NCBI GenBank assembly: GCA_009859145.1
Contig: VRVR01000040.1
Span: 120,460-184,459, forward strand
Origin: Andalucia godoyi And28
Taxonomy: Eukaryota > Protista > Jakobida
DNA length: 64,000 nt
Direction of reading: 5' to 3'
Part shown: positions 53,184-62,643 of the stretch, piece by piece
How positions within the stretch are numbered: the stretch's first letter is position 1
How the letters are laid out: every line of letters begins with the position of its first letter
Made by a program: the position numbers and the translations under genes
The notes under the pieces: model-generated
Seen by the model: only the letters and a program-made list of their open reading frames with translations
The model's database searches: none
Told to the model about the DNA's origin: nothing

Positions 53184-54683
53184 TCAATAACGCGGACGCT
53201 TCGCGTCTGGCTGCACCTGCTCGTTCCCATCGGGGTGCTGCCGCTTGGAAGATGCTCCAGTGCTGCCTCCAATGGCAGAAACCATGTCGGTGCCAGACAG
53301 TCTTTTCATGACATTGGACATGGCTCCCCCAATGTTTACATTCTGCGCGTATGTGGACGGCCGGGCAGAGGTAGCGACATTCGACACAAGTGGCATGGGA
53401 TGCACTCCTCGCGACGGGACAGAAGCCAGCGGAGGCTGCGATTGCTGATATTGGTGGCGATTCTGGTGTGCATACTGTGAACCGACAGGAATTGTCGTTT
53501 GTTGAGGCAAAGGATGCCGCTGCTGGGAAGGTGGCACAACAGACGGTCCAAGAGGTCGACCCGATCCTCCAAACGATGGCAGCCCACCAGAAATGGGAGC
53601 TCTATGTTGCTGTCGTTCCATGCTATTCATGCGCACTTGATATTCAAAACACGAACCGGACGGTAGGGGAAACGGTTCTGGAAGCGGGTCTGATTTAAAA
53701 AACGGATGGTCGAGGCACTGTTGCGCCGTCAAGCGCTTTGCAGGATTTGGTGTGAGCATGCTCATGATCAGATTAATTGCATGTTCATCTCGAATGCCCT
53801 GCCCGTACAGTCTGACCTTGAAGACGTTCGGAAAGACAGACCGTGGCCACATTTGCAACCTTCTGTAGGATGTTTGCTGAGGCCATTCCTTCTCGGAGGG
53901 TGTCCCGATGATCTGAAAGATGGTCTCCAGCTGCTTCATGTCCGATTCTCCGGCAAAAAACGGTTGTCCCTTTGCAAACATTTCCACTAGAATGCATCCC
54001 GCGGACCAAATATCCACCGCTGTTGTGTAATCCTTGGAGTCGACCAAAACTTCCGGGGCTCGATACCATCGAGTGACGACCCTCGGAGTCATGCAGCCCC
54101 TCACGGCGTCCTGATCTGATTCATCCGAGGCTCGCTGAAAGGCTGTTTCAAAATCAGCAGGATCTGCTTGCATCAAAGACGGCAAGAAACGCCCAAGCCC
54201 AAAGTCTGCAATGCGAACCTTGTGTCCCTTGGTCAACAGAATGTTTGCAGCCTTGATATCTCGATGGATAATTCCATGGGAGTGGAGCCATGCAAGGCCC
54301 TCCAGCAATTGTCTGAAAATGAACTTGATATGAGGAGCAGCAATAGTTAATTTCGTGGCTTTGACATACCCGACGAGGTCAAAATCACAGAATTCAAACA
54401 CCATGTATGTCTGATCCTTGAACTGAAACATGTCTCGAAGCTGCACGCAGCTTGATTCTTCCTTTGAAACGCTTCTTAGCAGCTTGATCTCACGCAGCGC
54501 AGTAAATGGAAAACCTTCGCTGTCTTCAACCTTGAATCGCTTCAATGCCACGAGATCCTCCGGCTTGCCAACAGGATGAGCCCTGTACACTTCACCGTAC
54601 GTCCCGTCTCCTACTTTCTCCATCAACACATAATCTCCTATTCTCATGGAGCCAGCCAATGCTGAGGACGACGCATGAGACAT
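53184..54683 (-). CDS. Cyclin-dependent kinase, CDK9/12/BUR1-like (PFTALRE)
   Basis: VGDGTYGEVY, EGFPFTALREIKLL, HRDIKAANILL, IADFGLGR, TPRVVTRWYRAPE, Q/P-rich tail. First ATG at 54683. Confidence 0.9.
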   Translation of the reverse strand: MSHASSSALAGSMRIGDYVLMEKVGDGTYGEVYRAHPVGKPEDLVALKRFKVEDSEGFPFTALREIKLLRSVSKEESSCVQLRDMFQFKDQTYMVFEFCDFDLVGYVKATKLTIAAPHIKFIFRQLLEGLAWLHSHGIIHRDIKAANILLTKGHKVRIADFGLGRFLPSLMQADPADFETAFQRASDESDQDAVRGCMTPRVVTRWYRAPEVLVDSKDYTTAVDIWSAGCILVEMFAKGQPFFAGESDMKQLETIFQIIGTPSEKEWPQQTSYRRLQMWPRSVFPNVFKVRLYGQGIRDEHAINLIMSMLTPNPAKRLTAQQCLDHPFFKSDPLPEPFPLPSGSCFEYQVRMNSMERQQHRAPISGGLPSFGGSGRPLGPSVVPPSQQRHPLPQQTTIPVGSQYAHQNRHQYQQSQPPLASVPSRGVHPMPLVSNVATSARPSTYAQNVNIGGAMSNVMKRLSGTDMVSAIGGSTGASSKRQHPDGNEQVQPDAKRPRY

Positions 54684-54733
54684 TCTATCCAAACCCCCTC
54701 ACGAATCAACACTTTTGCAGAAAGGAAAGAATA

Positions 54734-54782
54734 CGAGAGCGAGAGCGAGAGCGAGAGCGAGACAGAGAGAGAGAGAGAGAGA
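54734..54782. repeat. Compound (CGAGAG)n/(AG)n microsatellite in the CDK-TilS divergent spacer
   Basis: Read directly. Confidence 0.85.
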
Positions 54783-54982
54783 AAACACAGGCTACAACAA
54801 CTGTTTACACCGTCAGCTCGACACGTGTCGACAGCAATTTTTTAAAATGCTGCGAAGCTTTGGGATTTCACCCAGGAAAAGAACTATTAAACGAACTTCG
54901 GGTTTTCACTGTTCAGGCTTTGCGCTTCTGTGGTTCCTTCCAAAGTCCGTACTGCGGCATCGAAACGAGTACAATGCGTTGA

Positions 54983-56017
54983 ATGAACGTTGCTTTTCTT
55001 CGACAGTCTTTGCGTCTTTCGTCTCGCAGGATTGCGCTTGCTCTCTCTGGTGGTCAAGACTCGATGTACTTGCTCCAGCGGATGAGCGCAGAGTTGCAGA
55101 ACAGTGGATTGCACTGCCAGGCAATAACGGTAGATCACGGCATCCGACCCACGTCTGCTGCGGAAGCTTCCCGGGTCGTGGAGTTGACGCAAAGCGTGCA
55201 ACAGTATCGATCATTTCTGTCTCGTCACGTCGTTCTGCAGCAAATTGTCCATCACTGTGATTCCTCGTCAGAGATTCAAAAAGATCGTCGGCATTGGAGC
55301 GAGGAGAATGCGCGAGACTTTCGAATGGGCTGCATTGAACAGTATTGTGCAGAGAGAAATATTGTGGATGTTTTCTTCGCGCATCACAGTCGAGATCAGG
55401 CGGAAACTGTTCTGTTTCGACTCGCTCGATCCTCTGGGTTGGCAGGGCTCCAGGGCATGCGTGATGATCAGAAGTTTGGCAGAATTCGGTTGGTTCGCCC
55501 TCTGCTTTCAGTCAACAAACAGCTTGAAGTTGACAACGAAAGCGAATTGCTTGGAATACCGCATGTTGCAGATCCTTCGAATACTCAGGATTCATACGCC
55601 AGGAATCGTATGCGGCGAGACTGGAATCGGGATGTCGAAGGTGCATTGCTAACCATCAGTTCTCTAGTAAAGAGTACGCTGTCGGGCCTCAGTGAACGTG
55701 AGGTGATTCAAGCGTTTCGCGCAAGTTGCCATTTGAACGTTTCTGGCGGCTCCGTTGTGTTCTCGAAGGGTTTGTGGCGCGCACTGACACCCACAGAGCA
55801 GCTTCTCGAAATGTCGAGAATTATCAAATCTCTTCAATCCCGGCACTTTCGGAGTCGTTTCATTCACCGGCTCGTTGCCGAGTCAAATTCTGTGAAAGAA
55901 CGGCATTGTTTCTGGTCCGGTGGCATTGCATTGGCAGTTTGGCCGGAAGGGATAATTGTGCAACGAAGATCAACTACCGCTACCGCAGTCGCAACAGCAA
56001 CAACGAAACATCTATGA
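54983..56017 (+). CDS. tilS: tRNA(Ile)-lysidine synthetase, likely mitochondrion-targeted
   Basis: PP-loop ALSGGQDS, TVDHGIR, AHHSRDQAET...LARSSG..GL.GM, RPLL, DPSN...YARNRMR; Arg/Ser/Leu-rich N-terminus. Confidence 0.9.
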   Translation: MNVAFLRQSLRLSSRRIALALSGGQDSMYLLQRMSAELQNSGLHCQAITVDHGIRPTSAAEASRVVELTQSVQQYRSFLSRHVVLQQIVHHCDSSSEIQKDRRHWSEENARDFRMGCIEQYCAERNIVDVFFAHHSRDQAETVLFRLARSSGLAGLQGMRDDQKFGRIRLVRPLLSVNKQLEVDNESELLGIPHVADPSNTQDSYARNRMRRDWNRDVEGALLTISSLVKSTLSGLSEREVIQAFRASCHLNVSGGSVVFSKGLWRALTPTEQLLEMSRIIKSLQSRHFRSRFIHRLVAESNSVKERHCFWSGGIALAVWPEGIIVQRRSTTATAVATATTKHL

Positions 56018-56128
56018 ACTTCCGGAAACTATTTACAATATCAAATTGTGCTGCTAAAAACTTGTGAACAAGAACAAGAGGAGCAATAAAATATGAAACA
56101 AGGAAAAAAATATATAATCCAACCCAAA

Positions 56129-57499
56129 TTAATTCTGCCCTTGCTGCGAAGAAGTTGACCGGGCACTCGACGGCTGTGACCTCGCAGAAAGCGGAGCTGA
56201 ATCATTATCTACCCCAGATTGGTGTGTCTGGCCCTGTTCCGGGATCAGCGGCTCAAGAAGTTGCAGCTCTGCGCGCTGCATAATTTCTGTGGAACGCGCA
56301 ACACGAGCAAGAGTACTCGCGTCCGTTTGTGGAGAATGGAAACTAATGGCGGGCGTGGCCAGGCTTCTCGGGAACGAAGTTGTGGACGACGATACAGAAT
56401 GCAGAGATTTGACAGATCGCTGAGTCTCTGTAGCCAATGAACCTCTGGGCCTCGTGCTGTCTAGAGACCCGAACGTGGTATCGACTCTTCTCGAGCTCTT
56501 TGGAGACACAGACAGCGAACCAAAGATGGTGGAAGACGGCGAGGCGGGTGCATCCCTATGAACAGCTGGTGACCGCTCCCACAACCTCTTCTTCATTTGG
56601 CGAGCCTCTTCGTGTTCCGGAAGCAGCGCAGATACAAGGGGTGTCGTGCTAGAACACGCGTCCTGCAGATTCACGTGCATATCCTTGTTTGATGTGATGG
56701 TGTGAAGTGCAGACCCCGGCTTGGGTTTCCAATGGAGCTCGTGCTTGAGGCGATACAAATCCTTCGATGGGATGATGCTCGATAAATGCTTGCTCTTCTT
56801 CTTCCCGTCACTTGAGCTGGATGCTGTTGACGCGTTCAACGCCGCCCGGGGCCCGAGATGAACTCGCTGAGCAACATTGAAGTGGCTGGAGCGGAATATG
56901 CGGTTCACTTCGACCTCGACGATTTTCCAGGTTTTTGCATCTGCAGCTTTCTTGCAAAAGTTGACCACATACTCATACAGGGTCTCGAAGAAAGCCGCTT
57001 CTTGTCTCGGCCTTTGGTAGTCTGAGTATTTGCTCAACACCAATGAATAGTACAATGCAACCGCACGAAGAGATCCATCCATTCCTTCTTCCGCATCACG
57101 ATAGCTTCCGACCACATCTGAGAGTTCCTTCTCGTACTTCTCCTTTGCGGCGACATTGTCTGTCTCCACCTCCAACAACTCAGCGGCCTTCTTGGCTTGC
57201 GCCGCCTTTCCGAACCGCAGCGTTCGAATAAGCTGAACAATGTACAGACGCAGCGCCGACAGAAGCTTCGTAGAGAGTTCCGTCTCGTGAAACGACGCAA
57301 ACTCCGGAAGCCTGCGTTTTGCTTCAGAGAGCAGTGTGAATGCAGCATTCTTCAGACGATTCAGGTCGGCGACGGGGTCCGAGGAACCAATGTACGAGCC
57401 CGTTAGATGTGATCTGCGAGAAGACGTATTAGATCGATATGAATGGATGGATCCAGCGTCATCTCTTTCTCCCCCTTGCCGCGAACTCCCTCTGTCCAT
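56129..57499 (-). CDS. PPP1R36: PPP1R36-like (PP1 regulatory, cilia-associated family) protein
   Basis: YYSLVL...FFETLY...VEVEVNRIFRSSHFN matches my recollection of the PPPI_inhib core (FFExxY...EEEVGRLFRxxxFN). Confidence 0.65.
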   Translation of the reverse strand: MDRGSSRQGGERDDAGSIHSYRSNTSSRRSHLTGSYIGSSDPVADLNRLKNAAFTLLSEAKRRLPEFASFHETELSTKLLSALRLYIVQLIRTLRFGKAAQAKKAAELLEVETDNVAAKEKYEKELSDVVGSYRDAEEGMDGSLRAVALYYSLVLSKYSDYQRPRQEAAFFETLYEYVVNFCKKAADAKTWKIVEVEVNRIFRSSHFNVAQRVHLGPRAALNASTASSSSDGKKKSKHLSSIIPSKDLYRLKHELHWKPKPGSALHTITSNKDMHVNLQDACSSTTPLVSALLPEHEEARQMKKRLWERSPAVHRDAPASPSSTIFGSLSVSPKSSRRVDTTFGSLDSTRPRGSLATETQRSVKSLHSVSSSTTSFPRSLATPAISFHSPQTDASTLARVARSTEIMQRAELQLLEPLIPEQGQTHQSGVDNDSAPLSARSQPSSARSTSSQQGQN

Positions 57500-58074
57500 G
57501 ATGCCGAATCAATTTAAAAAAACAAACAAACAACCAAAACAAACAACAAACGCTAGGACGTTACTCAAAGCGGCAAATGCAGAGCAAACGAATAACGAAA
57601 AAGGGGACCGGAATTGACTCCGCAGTGCGTCTCGAGAAAAGACAGACCCGTATATTGAGCTGTATGAATACTCGAGAAGAGCGCGCGGTCAACAGCGATC
57701 CGAAAAATAATAATAAAACAAAATACACACGCAAAGAATAATTATAAAGAAAGAAAGAAGAAAGAACTCAAAAGCAAAAGAAAAAACAGAAAAATTGAAA
57801 CAGACGAAAAATAATAATAAAATTATTATAGAAACGGGCGTCTTTCTCTTCTGTTTGCTGATTGCTTTCCCGTACTTTCACAGCCAAACCAACCAACAGC
57901 TGGTGTTTCTGCCGGACTTCTCCGCCTTGCGAGATCGCGTTTGCGCAGTGGGTTTGCGTTGCGCTGTTAGCATTCGTCATTGACTGAAAAGAGCAATCAG
58001 GAACAGCTCGGGTGGCGATGGTGGTGGCGATGGTGATGGTACATTTTTTATTTCGGAAGACCGGATACTCATCA

Positions 58075-59232
58075 TTAGCACGAGGGAAGCCGCTTGTACT
58101 GGATCATCAACAGATCGTATTTTGGAGAAAACTCGTACATGGTGCACATCGACCGCACATATCCTTCCATGTTCCTATTTTCCGGATGAATATCGCGACC
58201 CGCGATATCTTCACGGCGATCCCGAAACAGAGTGACGGTGACTCTACCAGGCTTGAAAGTATTCAACACCCGCTTGACAAGCGGCGCATAGTCCGTGCAG
58301 TGCAGATTCGTTTCAAACGAAACATAAGAAAACTTTTGTTCAGGCGTGACGTGCACCGTTGCATATTCCCTTCCCATGAGTCCGTTCATAGAGTACCCGC
58401 ACGGCGTAAACAGATTCTCATCAATCATAACGTCAACTTTGCCATCTGAAGCATCCCCATCCTTCTTCATAAGTGCCTCAATTCCCACCGCACGCGCAAC
58501 CATCCCATTTGCCATGTTTTTGGACCGAAGTTGTTCCGAATCAGCATTTACCTCTGCTTCCTCGTTCGCGGAGTCTGTCCACGCACTCTGAGTGAACTTG
58601 GCCATGACGTCAGCGTTCAGCTCATGCATCATCACTTCGAGGGTCTGGTCAACAGGCACATCCGGATGCTCCACAAAGTCCGACTGGTCCTCAGTGAAGT
58701 CCACCATGTACATGTACCAGTGGTCGCCGTTCAGAGGGCCCATAACACAAGGTCTTCCGCAAACCTGGCCAAAGCGCTCCTCCAAAAATGCGCATTCCGA
58801 CGAAAATGAGTCATGGGGGAAAGCTTGCGCCTCCGGACGTCCGTAGTTCTTGCGTGAAAAGAGCAGAAACTCCAAAGTCGCATCGGGAACATAGACAGGC
58901 AAGATATCTGCGATGAATGGATCCACTGCTTTTAACAGCGTCGTTCCGCCACACGTCTTGATCACCATTTTGTGAGGATACACAAAGAGAGAGGATTCCG
59001 ACAGCACGTATGCAGTGCAGTGCTCGTTGGACATCTCAGAAATGATAGTCGCATTCACAGAATCGAGCAACCGCTGCCATGCCTCGCGGGGAACAGAGCG
59101 CAGTCCAATGAGCGATGAGGAAGAAGACGAAGCAGAAGACTCGACATTCTCAGCAACAGACACTGACGCCGCACAACGAATGTCGATCTCGAGTTTCTTT
59201 TCCGGACCCTCAAAATACCACTCTGCAGTCAT
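58075..59232 (-). CDS. AMD1: S-adenosylmethionine decarboxylase proenzyme (eukaryotic type)
   Basis: FEGPEKKLEI, YVLSESSLFV self-cleavage site, IKTCGGTT, PDQTLE-like, FTPCGYSMN, TVHVTPE...YVSFETN, FKPG. Confidence 0.96.
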   Translation of the reverse strand: MTAEWYFEGPEKKLEIDIRCAASVSVAENVESSASSSSSSLIGLRSVPREAWQRLLDSVNATIISEMSNEHCTAYVLSESSLFVYPHKMVIKTCGGTTLLKAVDPFIADILPVYVPDATLEFLLFSRKNYGRPEAQAFPHDSFSSECAFLEERFGQVCGRPCVMGPLNGDHWYMYMVDFTEDQSDFVEHPDVPVDQTLEVMMHELNADVMAKFTQSAWTDSANEEAEVNADSEQLRSKNMANGMVARAVGIEALMKKDGDASDGKVDVMIDENLFTPCGYSMNGLMGREYATVHVTPEQKFSYVSFETNLHCTDYAPLVKRVLNTFKPGRVTVTLFRDRREDIAGRDIHPENRNMEGYVRSMCTMYEFSPKYDLLMIQYKRLPSC

Positions 59233-59283
59233 TCCTTCTCCGATTGTCTTTCTTGAAGAATGTAAAATAGAAATAAAACGACG

Positions 59284-59358
59284 CTAGGGCGGTTCGCGTT
59301 GGAGCGCAGTGCACCAAAGAAGAACAGGGGAGAATGTCGTCTGGTACACAGGCGACAT
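59284..59358 (-). promoter_or_regulatory. Candidate uORF (24 aa, ends Pro-Pro-stop) in the SAMDC leader
   Basis: ATG TCG CCT ... GAA CCG CCC TAG = MSPVYQTTFSPVLLWCTALQREPP*, ending 51 nt before the SAMDC ATG. Confidence 0.4.
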
Positions 59359-59921
59359 ACAGCAAGAAACCACAATGGGTTTATTAAACGACGTTTGACA
59401 GGTAACGGTCACAACGGCGTGGAGAAGAAAAAAAAATCCTTTTCTGTTTTCCACAACTTGCACAGTAAAAAAAAAGGCAAAGAAGAAAAAGAAGAAGGAA
59501 AAAATAATATGTATGTATATGGAATAATATCAAAAAAATGAAAGCGAGGAAAGCACTGAGCGAGCGAACATCCATTGAAAGAAAAAGGAGGGGAAAAGGC
59601 GGAAATTTTGAATCATTGGAACTACGGATGCAACAACTTCGCGATTTCTCCGACTTTCCCCCGACGTCCCACGGCAGGCAGCGAATGAGCGCTGCGCCGG
59701 TTAGAAAGAAGTGCAAAAGAAAAAGAAAAAAATAGTATAGTACAGTGCTTTGTTCATCACAGAAGCTTATTGGAATCCCTCGCAAGAATGATCTTCACTT
59801 GTACAATTCCCTTTCATTGCTAATTAAATATATATCATTGTGTTCCTGAATATTTCCACTGCTTGACAGCAAATTCTTTTTTTTTTTTTTTTTTGTTGGT
59901 TTCATTCCAACAGCGAGGCCT

Positions 59922-60500
59922 ATGCTGTCAGGACGTCCTTCCGACCACCAGTTTTTCCAGCACCCCCTCATTCAGGGAGATCCCACTCAACGCGTCCTCG
60001 TCCCGTTTCGCCCCAACACATCATCGTGCGGGGGATGCTGCGGGACGTCACCGGGGTTTCCAGAGAAACTGCAGGACGCGCCCCCAACACGACTGGCGTC
60101 CTTCATCGACACCTCGTTGTGGCAGCAGTGGGTCAAAGATTACGTCGAGACCGTGCAGCCCCACAGCAATTTTTGCTGCTCGAATTTCTTCGGGGTGATT
60201 GGATGGATGTTGGTCCTCCCAGGACTCCTGTTGTGCTGTTTTTGGGGGAAGTGCTCCAGGTTCCACTCCTCCGCGAAGGACTGGCTAGGGCGCGTGAACC
60301 AAACCCTTGTCCCGAAGGGCGGATATGCCAAATTCCAGACGATGGTGATCCAAGAGGGAAAGATACAGTACGAGTTCACGAGCCTGTCCATCGCCCTGAC
60401 GCCTGAGGAGAGTGAAATCCTCCGCGACGAGCCGATCCGCATTGCGATGTCCGGGACGTGCGACTGCTGCGTCCAGTGCGACAAGTCCCTCATCATGTAA
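59922..60500 (+). CDS. Cys-rich membrane-associated protein, Erf4/GOLGA7-like
   Basis: FPEKL...P..LASFI...W...V...CC...hydrophobic Cys-rich segment...L.R.N..L..KG resembles Erf4/GOLGA7; GC-rich coding composition. Confidence 0.55.
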   Translation: MLSGRPSDHQFFQHPLIQGDPTQRVLVPFRPNTSSCGGCCGTSPGFPEKLQDAPPTRLASFIDTSLWQQWVKDYVETVQPHSNFCCSNFFGVIGWMLVLPGLLLCCFWGKCSRFHSSAKDWLGRVNQTLVPKGGYAKFQTMVIQEGKIQYEFTSLSIALTPEESEILRDEPIRIAMSGTCDCCVQCDKSLIM

Positions 60501-61183
60501 GAAGACAGGGGGAAATGAACGCAGAGGGAAAATTTATTAAAAAAACCCTCTGTTATTGGTGGTGAAAGATTCATTATTTTCATTCATTATTATTATAATT
60601 ATAATTTTGGCTCACATTTTTCATGTTCAAAGGAGCCTTTTTTTTGTTGAGATTTTATCATTTTCGTGCTCTACTTTTATTCTACTTTTCAAGGATTTTT
60701 GTCCTTCTAGGAGCGAGCGACCTACGGCAATGCAAACCATCGAACCATGCCCCCCCGTCGTGGTCCTCAGAAGGGGTGCGAAGACCCCCCGTGGAATCCG
60801 CGATGGAAGCTCGCACCCTTGAGAACATCCGGCAGCGTGGGACCCTTCATCCTCGAGGTTCTCCGGCAACTCTGAAGAAGGCCAAGGCGGACTCCAGGGA
60901 AGGCTGCGCAACATCTCCTGACAAACGGGAAACTGACATGCGTGCAAAATGCGAGCTGACGTCTACGGTGCAATTACGGTGGGGTTTTTAATTGGCCAAA
61001 AATAAATCAAGTAAATAATTCCACTTGAGCAAAAGGATGTGCTGCAATGCACGCTCATTTGAGTGCGGACCACGGAAAGGCCCGAAACCGGAATGTGCTG
61101 ACTGCTGAGCACGGACCTGTCACTTTGGCAGTCCTGACGCCTGGCGGCTGACGCTGGTGCGACTGGCGGCCAAAGGAATTCCG

Positions 61184-62473
61184 ATGCTTGACTGGCGCGT
61201 GCAGTACGAGTATGTGGATGGCCGGACGGTGATCGAAGGTCTGGTTGGCGGTGTGCATCCCCTTCGGATTGTGTGGTCCGAGGCCCCGCTCGCGCGCTCC
61301 GTCCACGCCTGTCCGTTCCTCCGCAGCGCCCTGATCCCCACGTCGCCGCAGACCACAGCCAGTGGACCTTGGGACTCGTTTTCAACACATGATATGCGCA
61401 CTCCCCATCCCAATCGTATACCGCTCTCCATCATTGAAAAGCGGCTGCGGACTGCGCCGTCACTCGAGACGTTCGTGGAGGAACTGCTGGCGATTCTTTC
61501 TCGCCTGTTTCCGGGATACGGTGTCTCTGCTGCGCCTGCGACAGACCGCGCAGTGTCCTTGTCGCATGCTTCTGCTTCCTTCCTCCGGGAACTGTTTGCA
61601 GAAATTGAGTCGATTGGATGGAATCGCGTCTCTTTTCTGTCCCCAGATTTATCCAGGCTGCAACTCGATGACGGTGCGCTCTCCATTTCGCTTCCTTCGT
61701 TCGCTTGTTCGTTCGCTGTTCCGTTTCTGCCTCCGCACATGACATCCATTGATTGCGCGTTCTCATCATCGGACGCACAGCCATCCAGGCTTAGACTCCG
61801 GCACTTGCTCGGCAAACTGTCAGATCTCCAGGAACTTGCCAGACCAGTCAAGCTTGAGTGGGATGATTTGGTGGAGCATTTCAGCGCTCCAGTGTATCGA
61901 ATCATTCCCTCGGAGTCCAGACTCCTGATTCTGGATCCAGTTGCAGCAAACATTGGCGTCGAAGCAAAGCAAGCGAGCTCCGTCTCTGGGTCCGTTTCAG
62001 TGGTCTTGGACGTCAATCCGCAGCACCCCCGTGATGTCCCTGGCTTCCGGTTCTTCGGCAGCGAGTCTCTTACTCGTCCGCTGCGACTTCGGCTTGCGAA
62101 GAACCTTGCGCCGCTGTGGCACGACGCAGACCCGCTCTGGAAGAACATTTCAAAGATCATGGAATTGTCTCCATGTGTTCGACGCACTTCACAAATGACT
62201 TCCGCCGCATCCTCTGGCGGAGGTGCACTGATAGACGAAGAGAAGGAAGGGGAGGAGACGGAATGCGGAATTTGCTACGGAGCCGCGCATGCTGGTGGAT
62301 TGGGACCACTTCGACAAGAATGCAGCACATGCAAGAAACGGTTTCATTCTCTGTGCATCACCGAGTGTTTGCGGGCAATGCCTTCGGGCCGCATATCGTG
62401 GGACAACATGTTGTTGGGTGAATGTCCGTATTGCGGAAGCGCAATTGCAGTACAGACCGATTCAGCAGCATAG
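61184..62473 (+). CDS. FANCL: E3 ubiquitin ligase FANCL
   Basis: EIESIGWNRV, DPQHPR-like URD segment, and RING ECGICY...CSTCKKRFHSLCI.ECL...GECPYCGSAI. Confidence 0.88.
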   Translation: MLDWRVQYEYVDGRTVIEGLVGGVHPLRIVWSEAPLARSVHACPFLRSALIPTSPQTTASGPWDSFSTHDMRTPHPNRIPLSIIEKRLRTAPSLETFVEELLAILSRLFPGYGVSAAPATDRAVSLSHASASFLRELFAEIESIGWNRVSFLSPDLSRLQLDDGALSISLPSFACSFAVPFLPPHMTSIDCAFSSSDAQPSRLRLRHLLGKLSDLQELARPVKLEWDDLVEHFSAPVYRIIPSESRLLILDPVAANIGVEAKQASSVSGSVSVVLDVNPQHPRDVPGFRFFGSESLTRPLRLRLAKNLAPLWHDADPLWKNISKIMELSPCVRRTSQMTSAASSGGGALIDEEKEGEETECGICYGAAHAGGLGPLRQECSTCKKRFHSLCITECLRAMPSGRISWDNMLLGECPYCGSAIAVQTDSAA

Positions 62474-62643
62474 TCGGGAATCGCACTGGACGCACTCGCT
62501 CTTGGGCTTGCAAGTACATGTACATAGCGTAAAGAGAAAAATTTCAAGAAAGAAAAAACCAGAAAATTAAAAAAATAAATAAATAATAATAATAATAATA
62601 AAATAGGTCGATTTCGTTACGGATTTACAAGAAGTGTTCTAAA

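Noticed and set aside
61120-62187. 355-aa minus-strand ORF, and similar long overlapping ORFs elsewhere
   Set aside because: It is antisense to a confidently identified gene (FANCL) and has no motifs of its own.
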